A DNA stretch of 64,000 nucleotides, taken from positions 261,890 to 325,889 of the forward strand of contig NMRA01000492.1 of NCBI GenBank assembly GCA_002633005.1, read 5' to 3'. Below are positions 40,484 to 51,832 of the stretch, piece after piece; position 1 is the first letter of the stretch, and each line of letters starts with the position of its first letter. Source of the stretch: Phoronis australis (Eukaryota > Animalia > Phoronida). Made by a program: the position numbers and the translations under genes. The notes beneath the pieces are model-generated. The model did not search any database and was not told where the DNA came from. It saw nothing but the letters and a program-made list of their open reading frames with translations.

Positions 40484-40556
40484 TTTCTGCCCCCGACCTG
40501 GACTCGAACCCAGGACCTTTTGATAACTGTACAGATGATCTAGCCACTGCGCCTTA
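40484..40556 (-). mobile_element. tRNA-derived SINE head (same family as 57605-57685)
   Basis: Reverse complement aaggtcctgggttcgagtccaggtcgggggcagaaa closely matches aaggtcctgggttcgagtcctggtcaggggcagaaa at ~57646-57681. Confidence 0.6.
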
Positions 40557-40655
40557 CCATGCAATGCCTCGAGTTTTAACGTCTGTGGTTCAGTAAATAT
40601 TGATCACTCTTACAATAAGTTGTGAACATTAGAGTGAAAGTTCAGTTTTCATTAC

Positions 40656-40826
40656 CTTTTTCGACATTTTTTTCAAAACCTATAGCATCGCGTTGATCTT
40701 CAGATGTTGATTCAAGCAAACCAGATGTGTGCGACATCAGAGAAGTGCCGTCATCTGTACTTCCAATACCACCACACAGTTTGCTTGGGGTGCACTCCAA
40801 ATTTAAAGCAGAGTCTTGAGTGAGTT
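40656..40826 (-). CDS. 171-bp phase-1/phase-1 exon of the NTase-TPR gene (copy B)
   Basis: ttttccag|AACTCACTCAAGAC...GAAAAAG|gtaatg, open, encoding ELTQDSALNLECTPSKLCGGIGSTDD...KNVEK. Splices in frame to the acceptor at 39595. Confidence 0.7.
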
Positions 40827-41234
40827 CTGGAAAAACGTAAACTGGTTTAGTTAGTCCACCTGCCAATAACATGAAACAATTGCAGTGAACTTGAGTGCCT
40901 GACACTGAGTGATAACTGCGACGTGACCCTCATGAATAGTCCTACTAAGCATTACATGTCAGAACATAGGAAACAAGCACAAGGCCAGCTTCTCATTATA
41001 CCATCTTAAGCACAAATTAAACTTTATTGAACGCGAGAGGCCACTGGCCCACAGTTCACAATACTTCATGCAAACACACATTAAAGATTCAGTTGTTTCC
41101 TTCTGACCATCATTACCCTTTGTATATACTTTGGAATGTTTTTAAAGTGGTTACTACCCTCAAGTTTAAAACAAACCTGACATCGTAGATTCTAATGCGG
41201 TTAGGAGATATAAACCAGCCAGGAATGGACAAGT

Positions 41235-41640
41235 TCACATGAAATGCATTTCAATATCTACTGTATTACAATTGTTACAAATTCTTTCATTCTGCGGAAT
41301 ACCATTTCTTTTACCGTTTTCAATTTCTACTTTGTGAGATGAACTTGTAGAATTTGTTATGTCAACTCGCCACATTTTAAATACTTTTGCAACACCACTC
41401 AGATCTAACTCTTCAGTAAAATTCAAATTACTACAGACAACCAGCTCAGAAAGTTAACATTTCTCAACCTTTGTTTGAAGTCTGACAAAAAAAACTGGTC
41501 GTCACCGTAGATTCCTGGTTCAACCATACACGACCAAAACCAGTTGTACACTACAAAATTTTAAAACAGGTACACCACTTATTTTGACCATGCAATTGCC
41601 ATTCATATAACATTAAAAGATTGTTTTGGAGTCAGACCAG
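41235..41640 (-). mobile_element. Degenerate RTE-X-like LINE 3' fragment
   Basis: SSHKVEIENGKRNGIPQNERICNNCNTVDIEMHF resembles the C-terminal Zn-knuckle motif of these LINEs. Confidence 0.55.
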
Positions 41641-41817
41641 TTGGTATTTTCAATATTTTCAGAGAATATTTTATAGGTTTACATAGATAAGACACATAGA
41701 ATTAATGATGGCCACACGCTCTCTATGCAATGACGTCGGTCATCTAAGTAGATAGTAACCCTTCACAAAAATTTGGTTTGAGCATTTTCAACTTTTATTT
41801 TGTGGCTAGGACTCATA

Positions 41818-43010
41818 TAACAAGAGCAACGCAGAGCGTTGAGATGCGCCCACGAATGCATTGCAAATGGTGTGCTTTTAGGCTTATTTATTTGTATCAT
41901 GAAAATGGCCAGCAGATGGCGCAAAATGTACAATCCATCCAAAAACAGGAACATGCCATATTTCATAAAAATCTGTCAAGGAACTTCAGAGAAACAAAGG
42001 AAAACAGAATAAAATGAAATTGCCACTAGTGGGCACAGTGTCCATTGGATCCGCCTGAAAGTCGTCGTCATCCGTTGTTATCTTCATATAAATACACATA
42101 CTAGATCCTGTAATGGGTTTAGGAGATACAGCTATGGGCGCAAAACATAACAAAACTACCACTAGGAGGCGCCATAGTAGTTAGTCGCCATCATCAAACG
42201 TCCTCTTCACACTGACAACATATACGCCAATTTTCAAAACCATCCCTAGAATGATTTGGTTGATACAGGGGTGGACGCCAAAAACAAGAATTGAAAACAG
42301 CAAAAATGGCCACTAGGACACGCAAAATACCTCGATTCCATCCAAAAACAGGAAAATAGTGTTATCTAACCAATAGATGCCCATATTTAAAATTTTATGA
42401 AAAGCTGTTGAGGACCTTTGACGATACAGAGTTAAAGGTAAAAACTAAAATTGCCACTAGGGGGCACATCAGTAGTCAGATCTGTCCGAAAGTCGTCGTC
42501 GTCTGCAGTCAAAATCATATAAGTACACCTCCTAAATTAAGTAAAGATCCTGCAAACAGTTTAGGAGATTCAGCCATGGGCGAAAAAAAAAACAAAACTG
42601 CCACTAGGAGGCGCCCCAGTAGACAAAATCGTCAAAAAAACATCGCCAGTCGTCCACTTCATAGTAAAACATACATGCCAATTTTCACAATCATCCTGAA
42701 AACGGGTTGGTTGATAGATGAGTGGACGCCAAAAAACGGACTCGAAAACAGTAAAAATGGCCACTAGGTGGTGCAAACTAGGTTGATTTCATCTGAAAAT
42801 GGAGAGATAGCGTCACCTCATTAACAGATGCTTGTATGCCAAATTTTATGAAAATACGTTGAGGACCTTTGAAGATACAGAGGTAAACGTAAAAAAATAA
42901 AATTGCCACTAGTTGGCAATCCAGTAGTCAAATCTGTCCGAAAGTCGTTGTCATCCATTGTTAACATCATATAAATATACTTACTAAATTTCCTAAAGAT
43001 CCTGCTAATG
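41818..43010. repeat. Interspersed element made of ~440-bp higher-order tandem units (three ~145-bp subunits), each subunit with a CCACTAG(G/A)GGGC-like motif
   Basis: Homologous blocks begin near 42020/42450/42900, 42155/42597 and 42303/42754. Confidence 0.75.
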
Positions 43011-43290
43011 ATAATTATTAGACATAGTTCTTTTTACACGTTCTTAGTGGTTCTTAGATTAAGTGTCAACATGAGAGTCGATCCAAAATATGAAAGGCCT
43101 AACGTGGAATTACTATAACCATTGTTAACTAGAACTTGTTTTATGCATTGAACTTCGACGTCGAATGCTTGCCAATCAAGTGTATTAAGCTGTAAAACAA
43201 AGTCCAGTTGTGTTTTTAATGAAGTTTACAATAAGTTGTAAACATTCTAATTAAAAATGAACTCTGTTATTCCTCGCCCCTTTTCATTAC

Positions 43291-43461
43291 CCTTTTCGAC
43301 GTTTTTATCAGAGCCTAAAGGATCACTCTGATTTTCAGATGTCGATTCAAGCAGACTAGTTGAGTGAGATGACAGAGAACTGTTGTCATCTGTACTTCCA
43401 GTAACACCACACAGTTTGCTTGGGGCGCACTCCAAATTTAAAGCAGAGTCATGAGTGAGTT
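43291..43461 (-). CDS. 171-bp phase-1/phase-1 exon of the NTase-TPR gene (copy A)
   Basis: ttttcag|AACTCACTCATGAC...GAAAAGG|gtaatg, open, encoding ELTHDSALNLECAPSKLCGVTGSTDD...KNVEK. Same length and phase as 40656-40826. Confidence 0.7.
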
Positions 43462-44520
43462 CTGAAAATAGACAAATTAGTTAGTGGGCAAGCTGTCGAT
43501 GACTTGAAAACATTTGCAGTCAACCAGAGTGCATGACATGAAAACACATCTCACCACATTCATTGCTTGCTGGCATTTTCTACAAAAGTAAAAAAGATTT
43601 ATCCAAGCTGGGAATTGAACCAGTGACCTCCATAAAACCGGCATGCCTGCTAACGATTCAGCTAAAAGGCAATTGCTCGTTAGAGAATGGATAACAGAGG
43701 CTCATATGATTCAATGGAAGCATATCTACAACACCTATTTAATACTTCGAGTAAAAATAATTTAAAACTTTGAGTAAAAATAATGTAATACTTTGGGCAA
43801 AAATTCAGTTTTATCTCCAATACTGACTTGATCAACCATTTTGAAACAATTTTAACGTATTTTGCAAGTTCAAGATATCTTCAAAACGTTACCAGCAAAT
43901 AGGCTGTTCTATTTTGCATGTAATTTTTAACACCACTTGCAAAAAGCAAGTGGCCAGCTAGTCTTGGCACAAAGCTGTATACTAAATATACAGCTTTGCA
44001 ACGATGTGGGTAAAAAACTGGCCGGATAAAATCTGACACAAAATTAGTACATCATTAAAAACTACACTCTTCCTTGAGAAAACTAAATTATTAATCGGTG
44101 TTGGCAAAAATGGCGTTCGACTGTTATTCTGCTGCTAAAATTGTGGAGCGATCTTTAGCGACCGCTTTCGGTGCCATGAAATATTGCGTCACCTATTGGC
44201 CAGTTTCTTTTTTCGCCGATTCTTCAATCAACTGTTGTTCTTTCACTACGTTGCGTACACGTCACAACAAAATATTGGTACTGGCTTCACTTCATTTTAG
44301 AATTTTGATAATACTAAACCGAATTTCAGAAGAAATTTGTTGCTGCCAAGCTATCATCATCTAACGAGAGATGTCGCAAAAATGTAGGGAATTAGGAAAT
44401 GGCACATGTGCGTGTCAAGAGCGTAAATTTGTTTTAGAAACGACGATATAACTTTTCGTTGATAGAAAAGGCGGAGGATTACGCAAGAAAATAACGTTTA
44501 TTGGATTGTTTTCTACTTAA

Positions 44521-46151
44521 AGGAGAATGCCACCCGATTTTTTGCCGTCTTAATCGGTCTATATCCACTTCGCCTCGCATACGGTCGACCTCACCTTGCC
44601 AAGAGGTGTCGCATTAACCTGTGAGGAAGGTGAGAAATGACGCTAGCGACGTCAGTGGTTCATATGCAGAGTGAATGCCGCTATGTTGCGGTGCATCGTT
44701 TCCGCTTGTCTGAACTAAGCAGCTGCGAGGAAAGTGGGTATATAGTTTTTTTTACTTCCTCGAGAATCAGAAATGCTTAGGAAGTGGCTCATGGTAGTGG
44801 AGAATAAAACGTACATTGTAAATAGCAAGTATGAGGCCGTGAAACATCTCCGTGTCTGTGGCCTGCAGACGTCGACAGTGCATGATGAATGCCGGCTTAC
44901 CTAATAATTCCATATGTTCCGTTGTCTTAGCTTGCTCACGGCGCTTCTCTATTATTTCTTCATCACTGTACTCCTGTTCGAATTGATAGCCTGTAAAACT
45001 TAACGATCCACCTGCGAAGTCTGATGAGCTCTAGCTCATCCTAAGTCGGGATTGCGAGTTGCCATGTTGGCGTTTATTACTGAGCGTTCTGTTTCAAAAT
45101 AAATTATTCTCACCCTAACCAATACTTATATAGAACTGAAACAAAGTCTGTCTCATTAGATGCAATTTGTAATGCCTTTGGAGTGTTCGTGAGTGCAAAT
45201 GATTTGAGAAGCTAGCAATGAATAAATCACTGCGTTATCGGCTTTAGGTTCAAGAAAACTAATTGACGGGACACCGAGGCCGTGTGAGCTCATGCTAATT
45301 TAGTGTTTGCTGGCAGAAACTGTTGTGAAACAACTCGATTTCCATCCCACGGCCGGGTGTTAGGGAAATCTTTATTTACATTTACATTACTCGCATAATG
45401 ATTGTCAATGTACAACTTCTGCCCTAACGGTGCTGTGGCCACAGCGGAACCTAAATTCGCGGCCCCCGACGAGTAAGTAGATGTGCAGTTTCGTGGCTAA
45501 TTCACCAACATAATCAGGTGCACATTACTCTGGCTCACTAGTATAGTATTTTCTTGACTGGACGTTTAGTTTCCACTGAACTTTGGCTGGTTTATGTTTG
45601 TGATGTCTGATCAGTTTCCGAGCCACTGGCCGGGATAATGACTCAATCCGGCCGGCCGCGACGAGCCTGATCGGGTTCCGAGCCACTGGCCAGGATAACA
45701 AGCGTTTTGTGTTTAGAACTCAAAAAATCACAAGTCTAAACAAAACAGATCTAGGTTCTCCTGTCTGTATCTCACGCAAAATACTTCGAAATTATCTCCG
45801 AACAGACCCCAAACTCCTGCTACGGACCTTATTGCCTTGCCGAACTTTGTAGGCTACGGTGTGTCCAATCCGTAAGAGCGAAATAAAACAACACGTTTTT
45901 ATAAGAAATCGGTGTATTTTTAAGGGTTTTACATCGAAGTTTGATAATTTATTGGTGTTAAACGAGAAGCTGACACCAGTAACCCGTGTTGTGAACTCGT
46001 GCTGAACAGACTGCATGTGAAACTGATGACGTCATTGGATAATTTCAACACCTCCGTCTGCCGTCAGGTGTCAGGTAACGCAACCGTACGTGTCATTATT
46101 ACTCGATCTAAATTGATACAAATTAAGTTGTTTTTTGGGTGGCATGCGCCT
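44521..46151. mobile_element. Non-autonomous Kolobok-like DNA transposon
   Basis: TTAA|AGGAGAATGCCACCC ... GGGTGGCATGCGCCT|TTAA: imperfect 15-bp TIRs starting with AG and a TTAA target duplication. Confidence 0.75.
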
Positions 46152-46789
46152 TTAAACGGCTGTAACGGGGAAGGTGAGTGTCATTTGATTCCCAGATTTT
46201 GCATGCACCCCGCCCGGTCTTTAGCTCTACATGTTGATACAGGTGTTGTAATCGGCATCATCATTGGCCCTTTGTTTTTTCTGTGGCGTCTTGTGATTGG
46301 TCCGTTTTAGTGTGCTCCCCGTAAGTGCCCTATAAAGGAGGTTGGCGCCACTGGTCATCGGGTTTTTTCTTTGAAAACCGGCAAAGTCCTCCAAGCTTGA
46401 ACTGCTCTCCGGCATCAACTGGGACAGATACAACCTTTCATAATAGTGAGTACTCTTTTGCCTAGTGAACCTGCAGTAATGCAACACAGGTTTCACGGCG
46501 ACATGATGAGCAGAACTACCCTGGCTGTGTGCAATTTCGGGGTCTATGGAAGATTAACACACAGTAGTACCTAGCTGTATTTTGACGCTAGTCTTCATAC
46601 AGCTAGCTGGCTGGCTAATGCCAGCAGTGGCCAGCAGCATGATAAAAATTAAAAATGAAAGCGCTCCGAGGAGCGACACTGGGCGAAATTCATAGAAAAG
46701 ACGACGATAGAGATGATGACGAAGATAACGAATATGATGACAATGGTGATGATGCTGAACAACATCATTAAATTGATATGAAGCATTTA

Positions 46790-48224
46790 CCGTATTCGCC
46801 GTAATAACCGCCCATGCCCCTATAAGCGCCCCCCCCACGCGTTTTCAGACTTTGCTGGAATAAGCGCCCAGTCCATGAACGTGTACACGCGAACAATGAC
46901 GTACCTTCAGTTCTAAAACTTGGCTACAGTAACGTCTTCAATTTATCAAAAAAGTTTTGCACGGGTCTTCTAGACCACCAGCGGCACTGCTACGTTTGTA
47001 TTTAGCCGTGACAATACACTTCAAAGTAACACAGCGCTTCAAAAAGAACGCAACAGCGTTGCTACTTTCGCGACGACCGTGTCCCACTATGGTCTGACCT
47101 CACAGTACACATCGACTGTCTCATGAATAAAAATAACTCGGTGTTGAACGCACGTGGCCAGAAAGCGCGCGCTACATATATGAACCTAGCTGTCATCAAA
47201 GACATTAGTCGGGAACTATCCATTCATGAAACGGGTAGCATAGCATCGGTAAGAAATGAATATTGGCCCTAATTTCCGACAATTTCTAATACTATAAAAC
47301 ATGTTTGCGTTATTTTTTAGATGGATTGTTTGATTAACCATAATTGTTTTTTTTTAAGCCGAATATCCGATAAAATGACAACTTATAGCGAATGCTTACA
47401 CACCCTTACACCGAAAAATAACTGTCAGAACAGTTACGTACTACGCATCCAGCTACACGGCGACTAATATCCGGGCCTTACCGAAACAAATGTCGAAAGT
47501 TTTTAGCACGAGACCGACAAGTGCTGAATGAAACACGCTCAGGTTTAGGCCTACTGCTTGTGCAAATTTCTTTAGACACAATGCACATCTAGCTCGTTAG
47601 ATTGCGTGGCTCTGACCAAAAGACGGTCTCTGCTTTGTCAAATGAACTCTGGTTACACGCACGCGCTCGCTTACTCGCAGACGAACTTCAAAACAAACGT
47701 CACGTGACAACAACATGTGTGTTCGTCCAGACATTTTTCTCGCCGTGTTGCCGATCATACATGTAGATGGCACGATGTTGCGCAGATTTGTACTTAAAAC
47801 TGCTGTAAATCTAGACTCCACGGGAACTTAAAAAAGTCATAGGGACGCTACTTAGAAAACTTAATGAGGATTTCAGGTAATTTGCTTGAGTCGAAACTAT
47901 TTTTATTCAAGCATTGAAGTCGCCATATCGAAGACGGCGATTTTGAGGCAGTCAGTCGGCGAGTTTTCGCCCTGGGATTCCCCTGAGCACGATTTTCTGT
48001 AAAATGATCGTAATTTAGCAGCTAAGTTTGATAGCAATGCACCACAGTTTTGTTGGAAGTCATTCATAGATTATAGATACGTCAAAGAACGTAAATTTGA
48101 TGAATCTTAGCTTCCGATTTCACCCGTTTTGGAGACCGGGTTTCAACCGCCTTGGGTTATAATAAGCGCCCCCCTTAAACCGAACTTTTCTAAGCGCCCT
48201 GGGCGGTTATTACGGCGAATACGG
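46790..48224. mobile_element. TA-flanked Tc1/pogo-like non-autonomous element with HIRAN remnant
   Basis: ta|CCGTATTCGCCGTAATAACCGCCCA ... TGGGCGGTTATTACGGCGAATACGG|ta perfect TIRs with subterminal taagcgccc repeats. Minus strand ~46955-47095 reads TIVGHGRRESSNAVAFFLKRC...GGLEDPC. Confidence 0.85.
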
Positions 48225-48292
48225 TAGATGTCATAAATCAGCAAGAAATAGGCTACAATATTGTTCAATAGAAACTAAACCAACATCAATGC

Positions 48293-49085
48293 AGCAAGAG
48301 CGCTCAACAAAGGAACAGCGTTATCAGAAAATCTCGAATAGTTCGAAAAGTAGACGTCCTCTGAAAGTCCGTTGAAAACTCTATCTAAACTGATGGTATC
48401 GCCTAGTTCCGTAAATTTTTCGAAAAAAATGAAATTTTGTGTTTTTTAAAGAATTTTAAAGTCAAATAACTCGAAAACGGTACGTCTGAGAGAAAAATTG
48501 TTGCAGGTCATTTGAAAGACTATACCTCACAGAATCCACATGCAAAAAATCACGTCTTTTTCTCTTCCCATTTAAAATGGCACTCTAGCACGACTGAAAA
48601 TGGGTCAACATGCGCCAGATCCGCCATCTTGAAAGCAACTTCTGGGTTTTTGGCTTTGTGTAATAGCATGTCATAAAAAACTACAGGAGAAAACGTTTTT
48701 AGGCCAAAATCAAGGTGCGCATGTGCGATCGCCAATATTTCCGCCATCTTTAATCGGAAGTAAACACATTTCCGGTCCAATAATTGTATCGATTCTCAGC
48801 ACTGTACATAAAAAATTGTAGCCTCCAGAAGCATTTGAACCTTTAAATGAAAACAAAATGGCTGCCACATCCGCCATCTTGGATTCGATGATGACGAAAA
48901 ACAATAGGCTTCCAGTACATTCGGAGATATACAAGCTCTATAGTTGTGTACAAATTTTGTGAAAATCGGTCAAAAAATGCGACCTGTAGAGTGCCAACAA
49001 ACAAAAAAAACTCGATGGAAGAGCAACATACTTGGCGAAATAAAACAAACTTGATGGAAGAGCAACATATTTATTTCGCCAAGTA
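48293..49085 (+). mobile_element. Unclassified non-autonomous element with 3' hairpin (possibly Helitron/Helentron-like)
   Basis: Ends in cttggcgaaata ... tatttcgccaagtaa inverted arms, with internal ccgccatctt repeats. Class is a guess. Confidence 0.35.
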
Positions 49086-49129
49086 AAAATGTCCCTCCTG
49101 ACTGCTGTCTTAATTTGAAAACTATTTAC

Positions 49130-49205
49130 CTGATTCGTTATTGCTGTACATTAGACGCGTATCTTCAAGACGCTTAACAAGCGCATCATGTTCGTCACAC
49201 ATCAT
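49130..49205 (-). CDS. Putative first coding exon of the NTase-TPR gene (MMCDEHDALVKRLEDTRLMYSNNES)
   Basis: ATG ATG at 49205, open to a strong phase-1 donor TCAG|gtaaat at 49130, compatible with the downstream phase-1 exons. No homology support. Confidence 0.4.
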
Positions 49206-50229
49206 CGATGACTTTCCAAAAGCTGTAAAAGCCCAAAAGAAGCTCAAAATGTCCCGATATTTGGGAACTGGAAAGTTTCACTACTTCCTGGTTAGCCTCG
49301 TTTTGGTGTGGAATGTGGCACTGAACAAACAATAAGGCTGCTGCCACGGCTAACAAAATTAGGGATAATCCCGGTTTGGTGGCATTTTGTGGGTTGACAT
49401 TGCATGTAGGCTCAGGGAGTGTGGTTTGTTCGTGTTTTTGAACATGCTGAAAATGAAAAAGACCGCTTGTTCGGCTGTAGCTGCACTTTTCTTCAAGATG
49501 GCGGCCCCCATTGCTGGGTAGCGACTGAGAAATTGGCTGCGATTTCAGGTTAGTCCTCAAACAAGTCAGAATTGCCAATGAAGGAAATTTGATTTCAGAA
49601 TCGTGTGTTGGTTTTAGTCGTGCATCGGCAGGGAAGTGGTGGTTTTGGGGTGAAAAGTGCCGATTTTGTGGGTTTTTTGACCCTTTCTCGTAGCCTACCT
49701 TGCTTTTCAGCAGACTACACATGGTGTACCTAATTATCGGACGGACCCAAAATATCGGACATTACATGAAATCTTACTTGAAGCATAATCGTGTGTCATG
49801 TCAAGAAGGCAAAGAGATACTAAAAACTTCAATGAGTTTGCTCGCGCTTTAGTCGTCTGCACTGCACTGATTCATCGAAACGACTTGGTGCTGTCATCAG
49901 ACTTTATGTGATGGATAATTTTGTTGCGAATGGAGCTGTGTTTTAGGAGCATATGTCAAAACACTCGAGCTGAAATTTGGCTATAAGGTGCCCGCAGCCA
50001 TTACTTGGTTAGTCAGTTTTCCGCAGTGTGGCATATAGGGAAACACGGTGTCCGATATTTCGGTTCTCCGAAGGTTTGCTAGTTGTGTGTTTTAAAGATC
50101 AGTTGGAACATAAATGTGGCTTTTGGTGACAAGATATAGTAACGCAACAATTCTATAAAGGTAAGCCTTTATTTCACCAAAATTTACAACAATCCGTAGT
50201 ATGCCAGGTCACAATTTAACGGTGATAGA

Positions 50230-51832
50230 CAGGGATATACCCAGGTTTCAAAACCCTGCTCGTCAGCTGGGCGAGTGAGCCAGAAAATCTACTCGCCCAG
50301 CCCGAATTTCAGTCACCCGGCCGTTTGCGTCACCACAAACTTGCTACCAGTGTAAATAAAAATCATCATTTCATACGTTGATGTCACCATCAATTAGGGC
50401 TACTGTATTCGCCCTAATAAGTGCCCAGGGTGCTTAGAAAAAATCCTTTTGGAAGGGGGAGGCGCTTGTTGCAGCCTAAGGCGGTTGAAACCCGGTCCTC
50501 CGAAATGGGTGAAATCAGAAGCTAGGATTCATCAAATTTACGCGTTGTGACGTCTCTGTAACCAATGACAGACTTTCTACAAAACTGTGGTGCATTGCTA
50601 TCAAACTTTGTTGTTGAATTACGATCTTTAAAAAAATATGCTGAACTCCCAGGGCAAAAACTTGCCGACTGATGCATCACTGCTCGCGGTCGTCGATAGG
50701 GCAAATTCTTGAGTAAAAATACAATTTCGACTAAACAAATTACCTGAAATCCTCCTTAAAGTTTTCCAAATAGCGTCCTAAGATTTTTAAGTTCCTGTGG
50801 AGTTAGGACTAACCACAGGTTAAGTCCAAATCTGCGCTAGACCCCGCAACATGAAAAAAATCTGGAGGAACACACATGTTGTTGTCACGTGATGTTTGTT
50901 TTGACGTTAGTCTGCAGGTGTGCGCCGAGTGAGCAAGTGCGTGCGTGTCATCAGAGTTCATTTGCCAGAGTAGCAGGCCTACATTATGTAGACCTTAGCG
51001 CGTGCTTCTTGGCCACGTGCTCATCGCTGCTTAAGTTTCAATTCGTGGTTTTTACGAGTACAAAGTAATTTAGATTCCTGTTGAAGGAGAAGATCTGTAT
51101 GGGAAAGATACAATACAATGCCGCTGACCAGTACGCTGCGTCTGTTCTGAAAGGCCTGACCATAGTGGGACACGTTCCTCACATCTTGATTAGCAAAACT
51201 TTTGCATTCTTTTTAAAGCACTGCGGAAGTTTGAATTGTACCGCCATGGCTAAATAGCGATATAGCGGTGAGGCTCGTGGTCTTGAAATTCCGCGCACAA
51301 TGGTTTTTTAGGACTGTCAGATATTATTGATAAATTGAAGACATTACTGTAGAATTTTAAAACTGCAGGTCAGGCATTTTTCGCGAAAATGACATTGTAC
51401 ATTAGAACACGAAGTCAGTTCCAAGAAATATGGTATTGCACTTGCTGTGAGCACATGGACCAGTCTAATCCGTCTTTCCCCCCTTTTCTTCGTTTCGGAC
51501 TAGTCCACAAATTTTTTTGTGCACGATCACACACTGATCTTTTGTCTAGACGAATCACGTAAGGGGTGACATCTACTGAATTGGTAAGATCGCCCTGCGC
51601 TGATGTTATTTACTGCCGGAACATCGACGCACTGGCCAAACTGAACCTTAAATTCATCACAAAAACATCGCAAGGAGGAGAAAATTTATTCATGCTCATC
51701 TGAGAAACGAAATAGTGCTTTTGCGCTCTGAAAATTTGCTCGCCACCTGGGCGACGGGCAAGTCAACTTCTACTCGCCCAGCACCATTTTTGCTCGCATT
51801 GGCGACTCGGCGAGTGGCTAAGTATGTCCCTG
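50230..51832. mobile_element. hAT-like element (CAGGG...CCCTG) containing an inverted copy of the HIRAN-bearing element (~50401-51375)
   Basis: TIRs CAGGGATATAC / GTATGTCCCTG, flanks ataga/gtaga, subterminal ctcgccc repeats. 50401-50970 is a diverged reverse complement of ~47620-48224. 51041-51310 reads IRGFYEYKVI*IPVEGEDL..NAADQYAASVLKGLTIVGHVPH.ISKTFAFFLKH...GLEIP. Confidence 0.7.

Noticed and set aside
49195-49722. 175-aa minus-strand ORF with a short hydrophobic stretch
   Set aside because: No recognisable domain, and it overlaps likely UTR/TE sequence. A different frame with a good donor (49205-49130) fits the gene model better.
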